Assembly (NCBI GenBank): GCA_964016885.1
Contig: OZ024740.1
Span: 352,532,001-352,596,000, forward strand
From: Eledone cirrhosa
Lineage: Eukaryota
Length of the DNA: 64,000 nt
Direction of reading: 5' to 3'
Positions 17,989 through 29,662 of the stretch are shown here, piece by piece; positions within the stretch are counted from its first letter, which is position 1; the number at the start of each line of letters is the position of its first letter. The translations under genes and the position numbers were made by a program. The notes under the pieces are model-generated. The model did not search any database and was not told where the DNA came from. It saw nothing but the letters and a program-made list of their open reading frames with translations.

Positions 17989-18089
17989 CTTAAAATTTCC
18001 TATTTAAGTTAGGAAATTTAAAGTAGCTGGCAGAAAATAAAGTCCAGTCTTTAATATTGGTTTACATGTATGACAGATAATACGGTAAC

Positions 18090-18132
18090 GTCCATTTTGA
18101 CAACCATGTGACTATCTCTAGTCATGTGATCA
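18090..18132. promoter_or_regulatory. Two M-box/CLEAR-like E-boxes and a YY1-like CCATTTT upstream of the SLC38A7 ATG
   Basis: CATGTGAC at 18105-18112 and GTCATGTGAT at 18121-18130, ~120-140 bp upstream of the ATG. Confidence 0.5.
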
Positions 18133-18604
18133 GTTCAATTGCGACCTTTACCCCGTAATTTAATTATGAGCATTATCAGCACTTAAATTCGATACCTTAA
18201 TCTACCTATTGACTATTAGAATTTGTTAATTATTGCAACTGTGCCATTAAACGTGACAAATATATTAATGATTCTTTTTGAAGGAATTCTCGTCACTCTT
18301 AACATATTTTCCTAATTTAACTTCGAAGTTGGATGACCTACCCTATTTTTTCTGATATAGGAAATCCTAGACTAATATGTTCTTCCCCCTTTTCAAAACA
18401 GTAGAGAAATGTTTTCTGTGTGGAAATATCTTTTTAATTTTTAAATATAAAATATAAAGCCGTCAAAACGGTTATCCGTAATGCACTGAAATAATTGCTG
18501 GCTTTGTGCCAAGAGTAGAAACAATTATAATAAAGAGGGAAAATAATAATAAAAGAAGGCGAAAAAAAGGAGAAGACCAGTATACACTCAATCACACGGC
18601 ACAG

Positions 18605-18795
18605 CAAGGGGCGCTGGAGTTTCTCTATAATAATTCTTGAGGCAAGCCAACATACTCGCAACTGTGACGCGGGTGAGAGCGAGGCTTAAGCGCTGGAATA
18701 ATTAGGCTCCCTCACGAGCATCACTTGCTACGACGTTAAGATGAATCGCTAACGACGACAGGAACTTCGATGTCAGCGGTCCAGCTCCCCGAAAC
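18605..18795 (-). mobile_element. Second CRE/RLE-type LINE remnant
   Basis: Aligns by eye with 17535-17722 (CCCTCACGAG..TCACTT, TTCGxTGTCAG). Confidence 0.5.
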
Positions 18796-19030
18796 ACCGG
18801 ACAAAATGTCTTAATGTATTTGGTTGCGTCCCTTGACGTTTTGAGTATGCATTACTTAGTTACTTCCCTTAAAATTTTTATTTCAAATTCTGGCGCATCT
18901 TATTTTGCTTTAAAACTAATCATGATAAATAAAATAATTAACTTCATCTACACGAGGCGATTCAATGAATTGCGTGTCGCGTACAGTTTATAAAGAATCA
19001 TTATAACATATGGCTTCAGCTTAAACAACT

Positions 19031-19217
19031 AGTTCTACTTTTGGCACAAGGCCAGCAATTACTCCAGTGCATTACTTGTGATTTGTTTTATCGACCCCAT
19101 AAGGATGAAAAGCAAATTTAACCTCGGCGGGATTTGAACTCAGAACGCAAAGGGCCATAACTCAATGCCGCAAAGCATGGTGTCTGACGCTCTACCTAGA
19201 CTGCCAATCCACCGCCC
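19031..19217 (-). mobile_element. tRNA-type SINE
   Basis: Reverse complement of the 15944 family, full head GGGCGGTGGATTGGCAG. Confidence 0.9.
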
Positions 19218-19397
19218 TTCACCTTAAATGTTAGATATTAGAAGGACTTTTCGTTGCCGTCTTGAATGACTTGATAAATGTTCTCTACCTTACTCCAATA
19301 TATATCTTAACCCCACTATCAGGCTAAATAATTTCTTTAATTTCTTTAGTCAAAATACGGCGATAGCTTACATTTATAATAATTTCAAACCCGCTCG

Positions 19398-19494
<97 letters not shown>

Positions 19495-19648
19495 GATAAT
19501 TTGTATTCCAATGTTACTAAGTAGTTGCATTGGATGGAGTCAACTGACGTCAGAGATTGCTCAACGTATAATAAAGTGTGTTTTAAAATCCGGAGAAAAT
19601 ATGGAGAAAAAATTTACGAAATGGAAATGCGGGTATATAGAATTTATT

Positions 19649-19765
19649 AGGTAACAATTGTTTCTATAGTGTATGAGTTACCTATACCTCGCTATTTGAA
19701 TAATACACAAATATTATCAAAAACCGAAAGTACACTGTAAGCCAACACACCATGTCATCAGACCT
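19649..19765 (-). ncRNA. Type-I hammerhead with ~90-nt helix II
   Basis: AGGT-CTGATGA-CATGGTGTG...TACACTATA-GAAA-CAATTG-TT-ACCT. Confidence 0.8.
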
Positions 19766-21019
19766 TTGTATTAGAATGATATGAAAATATTTTATACACT
19801 AGATAAAAGATAAAGAAGGAGGTAGGAAGAGAAGGGGAAGAGGGAAGTGAGTAAGGTGGAGGGAGTCTTAGGGTTTAAGACTGTCAGACTAGTAGAGATT
19901 GTGAAGAGAGAATGTTTTGGCAGCAGTTAGCTTAATGAGGCGTGTTAAGGTTGGCTGGGAAGTAGATACTTCTAGTGGTGTTGTTCGGACAAAATTTAGT
20001 TAGAGGGGTCAAAGTGGTACAATGTCACAGACAAGTTATTAGGGCTATTCTAAGTGCGTCATTATAATATTCAGCATGCTCGTTGAAGGTCTGCAAATTA
20101 GACGACAGTCGGGAGATCCTTATGGATATATTTTTAGGGATAGATTTAATAATGGAATGAGGATGGTTCGATTTTACATTAACGTACTTAAGATTTTCAT
20201 TAAGTTTGTGAAATGGCTCTATATTACCGTTATTAAGGTTGAAGGTAACATCCAAGAAGTTGACCACCTTAAGATTGTGTTCAAAGGTAATATTAAGCCC
20301 TAGTTCTAAGAAAAGTTTCCTAATGTTTTTACGTCGCCTTTCTAGGTTTTGTTTGTTCATATTCTTGACTAATAGAAGTGTATCGTCGCGGTATATTCCG
20401 CCGTGGAGGTCCGTAAATTCGCTCTGGAGTCTATGGGCTATATAGATCCCAACCAAATCCGTGACCTCCGCCGAATCATTAGAACCCATCGTAATGTCGA
20501 ATTCCGAGGGTCTATCCCTGCGGACCCAATAACTATTTTCAAAGTGCACTACTGTGCGTCTAGCTTCAAGTATAATATTAATTTCCTCGTTTGTGAGGTC
20601 CGGGTTAGTCTTAGCGAAAGAGAGGGCCTTATGCAGGGTTTCGGGTGAAATAGAGGAATAGTATTCATCTATATCGAATTGAATAAAAGAAGATTTGTTT
20701 TTGTCCCTAATGTTATTGAACCATCTTATTGCCTGATGAGTATTACCTCATAATTTAATATCTACCTTAGCCTTAACTTGGGGGATAATACGATCTAATA
20801 TGTACTTACTAATCCTACCTATATCGGACTTTGAAGGACATATTAATCTAATTTTAGGGTTAGTATCGAAGTTATCCTTATGGTCCTTCAGATTAAAAGT
20901 CAGTGTAGCTGGGGATAGGGGTACCGTTCTGTCGTCAATTTTCAGTTTCCTAACAATATCACATGCTGCGTTATTCGTTTGAAAACGACTTTTTCTTTTC
21001 TTTTCTTTTTTTAAATGCA

Positions 21020-21208
21020 TATAATTGTTTCTACTTTAGGCACAAGGCCAGCAAATTACCCAGTGCATTACTGGTACTTTATTTTATCGACCCCGTAAGG
21101 ATGAAAGGCAAAGTCAACCTCGGCGGGATTTGAACTCAGATCATAAAGGGACGTAACTATGCTGGAAAGCATGGCGTCCGACCCTCTACCGATACTGCCA
21201 ATCCACCA
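21020..21208 (-). mobile_element. tRNA-type SINE
   Basis: Same family as 15944. Confidence 0.9.
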
Positions 21209-21605
21209 ATGTTACCTTTTTACACCAACGTTTGCAAATTTCTGTCATAAGATATGACTTTCTATAATAATAGTACTAAACACTGTTTTTCTGGACCCCT
21301 TTAGAAATAACCTGCTACTATAATAGCCCTAATAACTTGTCTGTGACATTGTACCACTTTGACCCCTCTAACTAAATTTTGTCCGAACAACACCACTAGA
21401 AGTATCTACTTCCCAGCCAACCTTAGCACGCCTCATTAAGCTAACTGCTGCCAAAACATTCTCTCTTCACAATCTCTACTAGTCTGACAGTCTTAAACCC
21501 TAAGACTCCCTCCACCTTACTCACTTCCCTCTTCCCCTTCTCTTCCTACCTCCTTCTTTATCTTTTATCTAGTGTATAAAATATTTTCATATCATTCTAA
21601 TACAA

Positions 21606-21722
21606 AGGTCTGATGACATGGTGTGTTGGCTTACAGTGTACTTTCGGTTTTGGATAATATTTGTGTATTATTCAAATAGCGAGGTATAGGTAACTCATAC
21701 ACTATAGAAACGATTGTTACCT
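21606..21722 (+). ncRNA. Type-I hammerhead, inverted copy of 19649-19765
   Basis: AGGT-CTGATGA...GAAA-CGATTG-TT-ACCT. Confidence 0.8.
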
Positions 21723-21760
21723 AATAAATTCTATATACCCACATTTCCATTTCGTAAATT

Positions 21761-21873
<113 letters not shown>

Positions 21874-21894
21874 ATATATATATATATATATTGT

Positions 21895-23151
21895 TATATT
21901 TGGGGAGGGTCATATTTGCGTAATATTGCCAGAATTAATAACAGAACACACTCACTGTTTGGTTGGTTTTCGCTTGTCGCTGTCTTTTATATCTGCGATC
22001 TAACTTACTCGGTCCTCAATGTTGCCATTGACTGACCGGCGGTCAAAAATAATACAGATACAATATAGACACAAACACATATATATAGTTTACATAATTT
22101 ACATAAATCTTTCGTTGCACATCTGCAACATCGTCAGTGGTGTTATATTCATTGTTCCTCCTGTTGTGTTGTATGTCTACGCCATTTTTTATTCAGTCTG
22201 TCTATATATTTATTTATTTATTTGCTTGTTTGTTTATCTTATTTTATTTTGTCTTGTTTGCGTGTGTGTATAGTGTTATGTGTGCTATGTGACTAGTGTG
22301 TATAGTGTTGTGTCTGCTGGGTGACTAGTGTGTGTTTATGTGCTTGTTGTTATTGTGCTTGTGTATGTATTTATTTATCTTATTTTATTTTATTTTATTT
22401 ACTTATTTATACTTCTCTTAGGTCAGTGTTGTTTGTTTGGGTGTTGTTGTTGTTCCACTCATTCTTTCTGTTTAGCTTTGGTCTTCTAATTTCTATTTCA
22501 CTGGCCTCTCTGATTTGCCTATCTGCTGGGTCATTCCTATGTTTAGATATTATTCTAATTTCTATGTTGTCTATGTTACCGTCATGTTGTTGTCTAGCAT
22601 GTTCGTATAGTACTGACCCGTTTTTTCGTCCTTTTAGTTCCCCCCAGTGTTGGTCTATCCTTTCAGCTATGCTACGAGCTGTCTCACCTATGTATGTTGT
22701 TGTCATGTTTCTGCAAGTACCCTCTGTACATCTTATGCTATAGACTACGTTTCTAGTTTTACAGTTTATCCGGGGGTTCACCTTACATATGATACATTTC
22801 CTATTGGTACAGTGGGTTTTCTTAAAAGGGTAGGTTTTGCTGATCAGGGATTTTATGGTGGTTCCTGGCTTCTCTACCACCTTTATTTTTAAGTGGGTAC
22901 CATGATGTGGCCTTCCTTACCTTATGTCTAGCCCTATCTAAGCTGTTCTGGAATAGCTTAGATAGGGCTAGACATAAGATAGGGAAGGCCACATCATGGT
23001 ACGACAACCAGAGATATCAGAGTGTCATGTTTGTGGACGCCACCCCTGGAGGGAAATTAGCTAACCAGTGTAGAAAGGCCCTGAGAAAGACCCACTTAAA
23101 AGTAAAGGTGGTAGAGAAGCCAGGAACCACCATAAAATCCCTGATCAGCAG
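21895..23151 (-). mobile_element. Penelope-like element 3' part (GIY-YIG) with a fold-back at its truncated 5' end
   Basis: ORF 22407-22880 CKTRNVVYSIRC..YIGETARSIAERIDQH..RQIREASEI..PKLN. Palindrome centred at 22949-22950. Degenerate HHR at 22101-22140 (CTGACGA-T-GTTGCA/TGCAAC-GAAA on minus). Confidence 0.88.
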
Positions 23152-23930
23152 CGTGCAAGGACTTATTTGTGCATTACAACTCAGCCCTCCATAGAGGCTA
23201 TGTCCTAAATGAACTTACACGGATCACTAATAGATGCAGCGACCCGATGGGTGGTCTCACCCATACCACGCAATTCCGTAATCCACTCAAGTCTAATGGA
23301 TATCCCAAGCGACTGATTAACGGAATTAGAGACCCCAGACCCAATAGACAGACACCCACTAGAAACTTAGATAAAAGCAGGTGCTTCTTTAAAATCCCCC
23401 ACCTGAGTGAATATACCACGAACGCCATCCGCAGGGCCATACGGAGGGAGGGACTTGACATACATTTGGCCCACACAGGACCTTCGCTCCGAAGATGCCT
23501 CTCCACCAAACCCGACGAGTCAGATGGGACGTGTTCCCTCAGCAACTGCCCGATACGGGGGGCAGATTGCCTACGCACCTATGTCGTATATAAGATTCAA
23601 TGCGATAAATGTAACAAGTTTTACATAGGTAGCACCATCCGACCCCTACATGTTCGTATCAAGGAACATGTCAACACCAACGCATCTTCCTTCCGTAAAC
23701 ACATCCTTAAATGCGGAAACCCACAGCGCAGACCCTTGGTCACAGTCCTAGCGACTGAACGCAGCATCGGATCCTTAAGGATAAAGGAAGCACTTGTTAT
23801 TAAGAACCTCAGACCCCCACTTAACAACCGGGCTGAGAGAAATGAGCTGACATGGCTAATTTAACCATAGTGACCAGTAACAGCCCCTACGGCCTATTAT
23901 CTTTCACACGCACGCACTTATATGTATACC

Positions 23931-23966
<36 letters not shown>

Positions 23967-24540
23967 TCTATATTTATACACGCACACATGTTTATACAAC
24001 CTACCACCTTTCACACCCTTTGAATTCCAGCTTCTACGGCCCACTATCTTTCACACACACACACTCACATACATACACACATACACATATACACACACAG
24101 TTACACACACATATATATTTACACACACATATTTTACGGCTTTCACACGCTAGCGCACCCTATTGATTTAATCCAATTGGTCAGTAGCTTTTGCCACAGC
24201 CTATCACGCGCACGCGCATTCTTTCCCTCGTTTGAATTTTCCCCATAACGGCATTCCTATGTTTTAACGACAATACAACTTTCTCCGGCTTAGCCTGTTC
24301 CCCCCTTTTGGAACTTTCCCCCGTTGATGGGCGTGAGCCCAAAATATTGGGATTAAATCTCCACTACGGTAACCCTTCTACCTTTGTTTTGTTTTCCTTT
24401 TTCGTTTCTCTGAATTTTCACTTTTCTCCTATTTCTCACTCACTTCCTACCTCGAGATTTCCTATCTGCATTGTTGTGGCTTTCTAAACTACATATTTTA
24501 CATATTTCACAATGCTTCAAGCAAACTTTAACACCCTCTC
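23152..24540 (+). mobile_element. 5'-truncated Penelope-like element (thumb + GIY-YIG)
   Basis: ORF 23169-23864: LKSNGYP..VVYKIQCDKCNKFYIGSTIRPLHVRIKEH..LRIKEALVIKNLRPPLN. Confidence 0.9.
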
Positions 24541-24549
24541 ATATATATA

Positions 24550-24933
24550 TATAGGAGGTGAGTTTTATTGTAGTACAATAAAGCAATGCAGATATCGGAT
24601 AAGTAGCACTCTACAGTTTGTAGGACTGGAGTATAAATAATATATAAGATCAAAAGATGGTTAAAAGAGTTCCATGTATTTTATTATGCGCATTTCAAAA
24701 AACAAATATCATCATGCGATGACATTTGCGTTTTCGTCAGATAAAACTTTATATCACCTTGAAAAATCCTTCGCAAACATAAACATTTTTTTGACGTTAG
24801 ACCACCCATCCCCAATCCATTATTTTTTTCTCCCTTTCATCTGACGAAAACGCAAATGTCATCGCATGATAATATTTGTTTTTGAAATGCGTATAATAAA
24901 ATACATGGAACTCTTTTAACCATCTTTTGATCT

Positions 24934-24965
<32 letters not shown>

Positions 24966-25050
24966 GTAGAAGGTGAGTAATATTGTAGAACAATAAAACT
25001 ATGCATATATCAGCTAAGTAGCACTCAACAGTTGGTAGAACTGAAGTATA
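24550..25050. mobile_element. Head-to-head pLTR pair with two HHRs (24679-24746 minus, 24835-24901 plus)
   Basis: TTTTAT-CTGACGA-AAACGCAAATGTCATC/GATGATATTTGTTTTTT-GAAA-TGCGCAT-A-ATAAAA. The spacer 24746-24840 matches 36291-36388 in the 3' UTR of the PLE at 34096. Confidence 0.85.
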
Positions 25051-25051
25051 C

Positions 25052-25849
25052 ATTAAAGAAGAAATTAAAAGATGGTTAAAAAAGTTCCATATATTTTATT
25101 ATGCGCATTTCGAAAACAACATCATCCTGGGAAAAAAATTGTGTTCTCATCAGATAAAATAATTGTTTCTACTTTTTGGCACAAGGCCAGCAATTACCCA
25201 GTGCATTACTGATACTTTATTTTATCGACCCCGTAAGGATGAAAGGCAAAATTAACCTCGACGGGATTTGAACTCAGAATAGCAATTCTATGCGTCAAAG
25301 CATGGCGTCCGACCCTTTACCGATACTGGCAATTCAAAATAATGTAACATGATATGAGGCCTAAAAAAAACACTTGTCAACAAGAAAGTGTCATATGTAG
25401 ATTGGACACTTTCTTGTTGACAAGTGTTTTTTAGGCCTCATATCATGTTACATTATTAACTTTGCCTTTCATCCTTACAGGGTCGATAAAATAAAGTACC
25501 AGTAATGTACTGGGTAACTGCTGGTCTTGTGCCTAAAATAGAAACAATTATTTTATCGAAGGTGGATTGGCAGTACCGGTAGAGGGTCAGACGCCATGCT
25601 TTGGTGCATAGAGTTACGGCCCTTGCCATTCTGAGTTCAAATCCCGCCAAGGTTAACTTTGCCTTTCATCCTTATGGAGTCGATAAAATAAAGCACCAGT
25701 TAATAACTGGGTAATTGCTGGCCTTGTGTCAAAAACTAGAAACAATTATTTCATCTGATGAGAACACAATTTTTGTCCCAGGATGATGTTGTTTTCGAAA
25801 TGCGCATAATAAAATATATGGAACTTTTTAAACCATCTTTTAATTTCTT

Positions 25850-25852
<3 letters not shown>
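25052..25852. mobile_element. ~800-bp fold-back: HHR-SINE-core-SINE-HHR (HHRs 25094-25159 minus, 25749-25814 plus; SINEs 25160-25335 minus, 25456-25552 and 25561-25750 plus)
   Basis: Central inverted repeat 25338-25457; arms carry CTGATGA-GAACACAAT..TTGTTTTC-GAAA-TGCGCAT-A. Confidence 0.85.
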
Positions 25853-25930
<78 letters not shown>

Positions 25931-25935
<5 letters not shown>

Positions 25936-28817
25936 CTCCAGCCTCGGGGTCGCCGACCGCACGGAACCTCTAGACCCACGGACACCATACTTCACACTGA
26001 AGGACCATAAATCCGATTTTGACCGTAAACCCTCCATCAGGCTTATTAACCCAACGAAGTCCGACATAGGGAGAATCAGCAAAAAAATCCTAGACCGCGT
26101 GATACCAAAAGTCAAGCAACACACCCGACTTAGCCTATGGATCAACACCCAGGAAGTAATCTTCTGGTTCAGCAATATGGAGGATAAACGAGAAACTAAA
26201 TTCATACAGTTCGACATAGAGAGCTACTATGCTTCAATCACCTTACCGCTACTTACTGCCGCCTTGGACTTCGCCGAAACACTCGTGCCCATCACCGACC
26301 AGGAAAGAAAAATCATCCTCCACGCCAGGAAGACAGTCTTACTCTTCGACAACTCCAAATGGATAAAGAGAGCTGCCGACTCCCCCTTCGACGTCAGCAT
26401 GGGCGCCACGGATTCGGCGGAGGTCACTGATCTTATAGGATTATTCCTAATAGCCAAACTCACTGATATGTTTCCTGCATTCGGTGGTGGATTGTACCGT
26501 GATGATGGGCTCCTTACCCTTAAAGGGTACAACCCCAGTAGTACAGATCGGGTCCGGAAACAATTAATCAGATTCTTCCGCGACTGGGGATTTAAAATAA
26601 CCCTACAAACGTCCCTGACCCGAGTAAACTTCCTGGACGTAACCCTCGACCTCGAAAACGACATATATACAGGAAACCTAATGACAATCTGCACTACATC
26701 CACCGCCGATCAAACCATCCTAGGAACATCACAAACAACCTGGTCAAAAACATCTCCCTCCGCATATCCCGTTTGTCAGCTAATGAGCGGATATTCGATG
26801 AACATGCGCCTTATTACAACCAGGCCCTCAAGCGGAGTGGTTTCCGGGAGGAAATATCCTACTGTCCAGCTCCCATTAGCGGAACCAGCAGGAGACACCG
26901 CCGCTCACGCAATGTAACATGGTTCAATCCTCCCCACAACGCAGAGGTGACTACTCCCATCGGGAAACTATTCTTTAGGCTCATTGAAAAACACTTCCCA
27001 TTACAACACCGCTACCACAACATAATTAACAAAAATACCATCAAACTCTCTTACAGCACTACACCAAACTTCGCACAAAACATCGTCTCCTCTAACAACA
27101 AAAAACTCAACCCCGATGGCAGAAATAACCTAATTAGCAGTGGAGAACCGACCAGGAGGTGTAATTGCCCGGATAGATCTATTTGCCCACTCGACAATAG
27201 ATGCAGAGACCGTAATGTGATCTACCAGTGCAACGTGAGGACGGATACCTCCAACAAAGCCTATATAGGACTTACCGCATGTGACTTCAAGACCCGGCTA
27301 TACCAACATAGACATACCTTCCGAAACCCGGCCCGGCGTCACGCCACTACACTTTCGGGCCACATATGGGACCTCAAGGACAACAACATCACCTATGATC
27401 TCACTTGGAGATTACTGTCCAGAGCCAATTCTTACACGGGAGGACGCCGTCCGTGCAATTTATGCTCGGAGGAAACTTTACAAATGCTGTTTTCGACGGA
27501 CCAACTCCTAAACAAGAAAGATGAACTGGTTACTGCATGTAAACATAGATTGCGTAGGACTTACCTCGCCCTCAAACCCCATAATGACCCGGGGGGGGGG
27601 GGGGGGTAGACTAGGGCTATAACACCCCAGTTGCCGATTTTGCAATGGGTAACCCCTGCTTGCCAAGGAAGACGTAAGATCTTCTTTGTATTCTTTTATC
27701 GCTTCCTTTATTTCCTTCCCCCCTCTCTCCTTTGTCCTTCTACCCCAGCTCTTCTCCTTTGTCGGCGTCTTTTCTCGCCCACCCGAGGCTGCCCTTTGGC
27801 CCCATGTAGCCTTAGTACCCCCACCGCCCCTCCCCTAGTCTTTGATAGATTTGGCGGACTCCGCCCTTTATAGCAGTTGGCTTAGACCCCGGATATTTTT
27901 CCCCCTTTTACCGACCGCTCCCACTATTCTCTGTGCCCTCTATATTTCTTAGTGGCACATGCCTTATTTTTTCGTTTCAGTATTTCTTGCTTCGCTTTTC
28001 TTCTGGGCGGGGTGGATTCTGAATTTATTTCTCCGTATTCTACCTTTATTTCGTACGAACTTTCATGTAGCTTGTTTTAGATCTTTTAGAGTTAGCATTA
28101 GTATATATTTTTCTCGGGACTCAGAATTATTATCTCGTACAAGTTCACTTTGCTGCACTGGGTCGTTGCTGGCCCGGGATGGAAACCTATTGTTTATTTC
28201 GTGGTAGTCTCTTTAGTATTTTGGCCCCTTTTGTTGACCCGTCACCGTATCATTTACGTACTTATACCTCTTAAAAGGGTCCTTGCCTTATCCGTCCCAC
28301 CTAGTTCTCTTACTTATTTCCTTATTTATTTATTTATTTATTTATTTACTTCTTTCTTTCTTTCTTTATTTTATTCTCGCCTAACAATAGCCTGACACCT
28401 AGGTCGTAGAATTTAATTTACTTTACTTTTTTCTTTACACTTATTTGCTTTTCTTCACTCTCAGTATTTTTTCTTTCCTATTTCTACCCCCCATCGTTCT
28501 ACCTACCGTTCCGACTTCCTCCCCCTCCCCCTCCCCTGTATCCTCTTTGACCTCATGCCCAGCTGTAGCTGGCACTACCAACGCTTGATTGGGTCTACTC
28601 CACCCCCTCCCCTCTTTCTCCTACTGGCAGGTTTAGCCACCATCTCCCCTACTAATTTGCAACCACAGAATTACTACTGATTTTTGACAATCACTTTGAC
28701 CATATATGGAATTACCCCTTGAGAAGATCGGCTATTTAAATACCAGGATAAATTTTCATTTAGTCCAGAATTAGCCGTCGAAACGGCTTGAGCTCAGCTG
28801 TCGGGGTCTTACTGGTT

Positions 28818-28820
<3 letters not shown>
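25931..28820 (+). mobile_element. Penelope-like element (probably Hydra clade), RT + GIY-YIG, one frameshift, inserted in (TA)n
   Basis: ORFs 26099-26917 (FIQFDIESYY, FDVSMGATDSAEVTDLIG, GLYRDDGL) and 26773-27609 (WFNPP, CNCPDRSICPL = CxCx5C, VIYQC..YIG, CNLCSEE). (TA)n at both ends. Confidence 0.95.
28714..28807 (+). ncRNA. Type-I hammerhead, U3-A8 core variant, long helix II
   Basis: ACCCC-TTGAGAA-GATCGGCTA...TAGCCGTC-GAAA-CGGCTTGAGCTCAGCTG-TC-GGGGT. Confidence 0.8.
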
Positions 28821-28852
<32 letters not shown>

Positions 28853-29109
28853 TTTAGTTAATTCTATTGACTGATTAATAGCTTATGTTAATTTTTAAAA
28901 ACTATTCTGTTGAGAGCTTAATTCGTTTTGTGATATTTTGCAATTTTGCAATAACCACACATACTGAATTCATCCGCCAAGACTAAGGGCTGTCTCCCTT
29001 CTAACCCCCCACGTGGGTTTAGATAATGGTCAGTTCCTTAGCTTTGCATAGAACTAAATGCCTGTTGAAAAAGTGACTTCCTTATTCGATCATCATACTA
29101 AAAGCTTGA

Positions 29110-29291
29110 CATTGGCAGTATTGGTAGAGGGTTGGACATGCTTTCTAGCATAGAGTTACGTCCCTTTACGATATGAGTTAAAATCCCGCCGCGGTTAACT
29201 TTGCCTTTCATCCATACGGGGTCGATAAAATAAAGTACCAGTAATGTTCTGGGTAATTGCTGGCCTTGTGCCAAAAGTAGAAACAATTATT
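29110..29291 (+). mobile_element. tRNA-type SINE
   Basis: Same family as 15944. Confidence 0.9.
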
Positions 29292-29587
29292 TGTTTAAGC
29301 AGACAGTACCTGATTTAGGAGTTGCAGAAACCCCATATTGGATTTTACCACCGTTTCCAGGGGTCCGGGTATAATTTTCAATCATATTTTATTATTTGTT
29401 TGACCCGAATAGCTTGGTCGTTTCTATGGCTTTGCGGATAATGGTTTAACCATCGTCTCAATGTGTTTGGCTTTTTAATGTGTTGTTGCTCTAGTTCACT
29501 CGTTCTATGGAGCGCTTGCCACACATCTCGAAAGTTGTTTTTCGCTAATTTCCAATAGCCGAAATGCGATTCTCGCTAATTTATATT

Positions 29588-29654
<67 letters not shown>

Positions 29655-29662
<8 letters not shown>

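Noticed and set aside
24316-24352. Hammerhead in the 3' UTR of the 23152 PLE
   Set aside because: A helix II-like hairpin GGGC-GTGA-GCCC and helix I are present, but both core strands are mutated; at best a dead relic.
29296-29365. VPDLGVA...FPG as the penultimate SLC38 exon
   Set aside because: Spacing does not fit the family, there is no donor after FPG, and nearby sequence is repetitive (29555-29590 matches 53541-53572).
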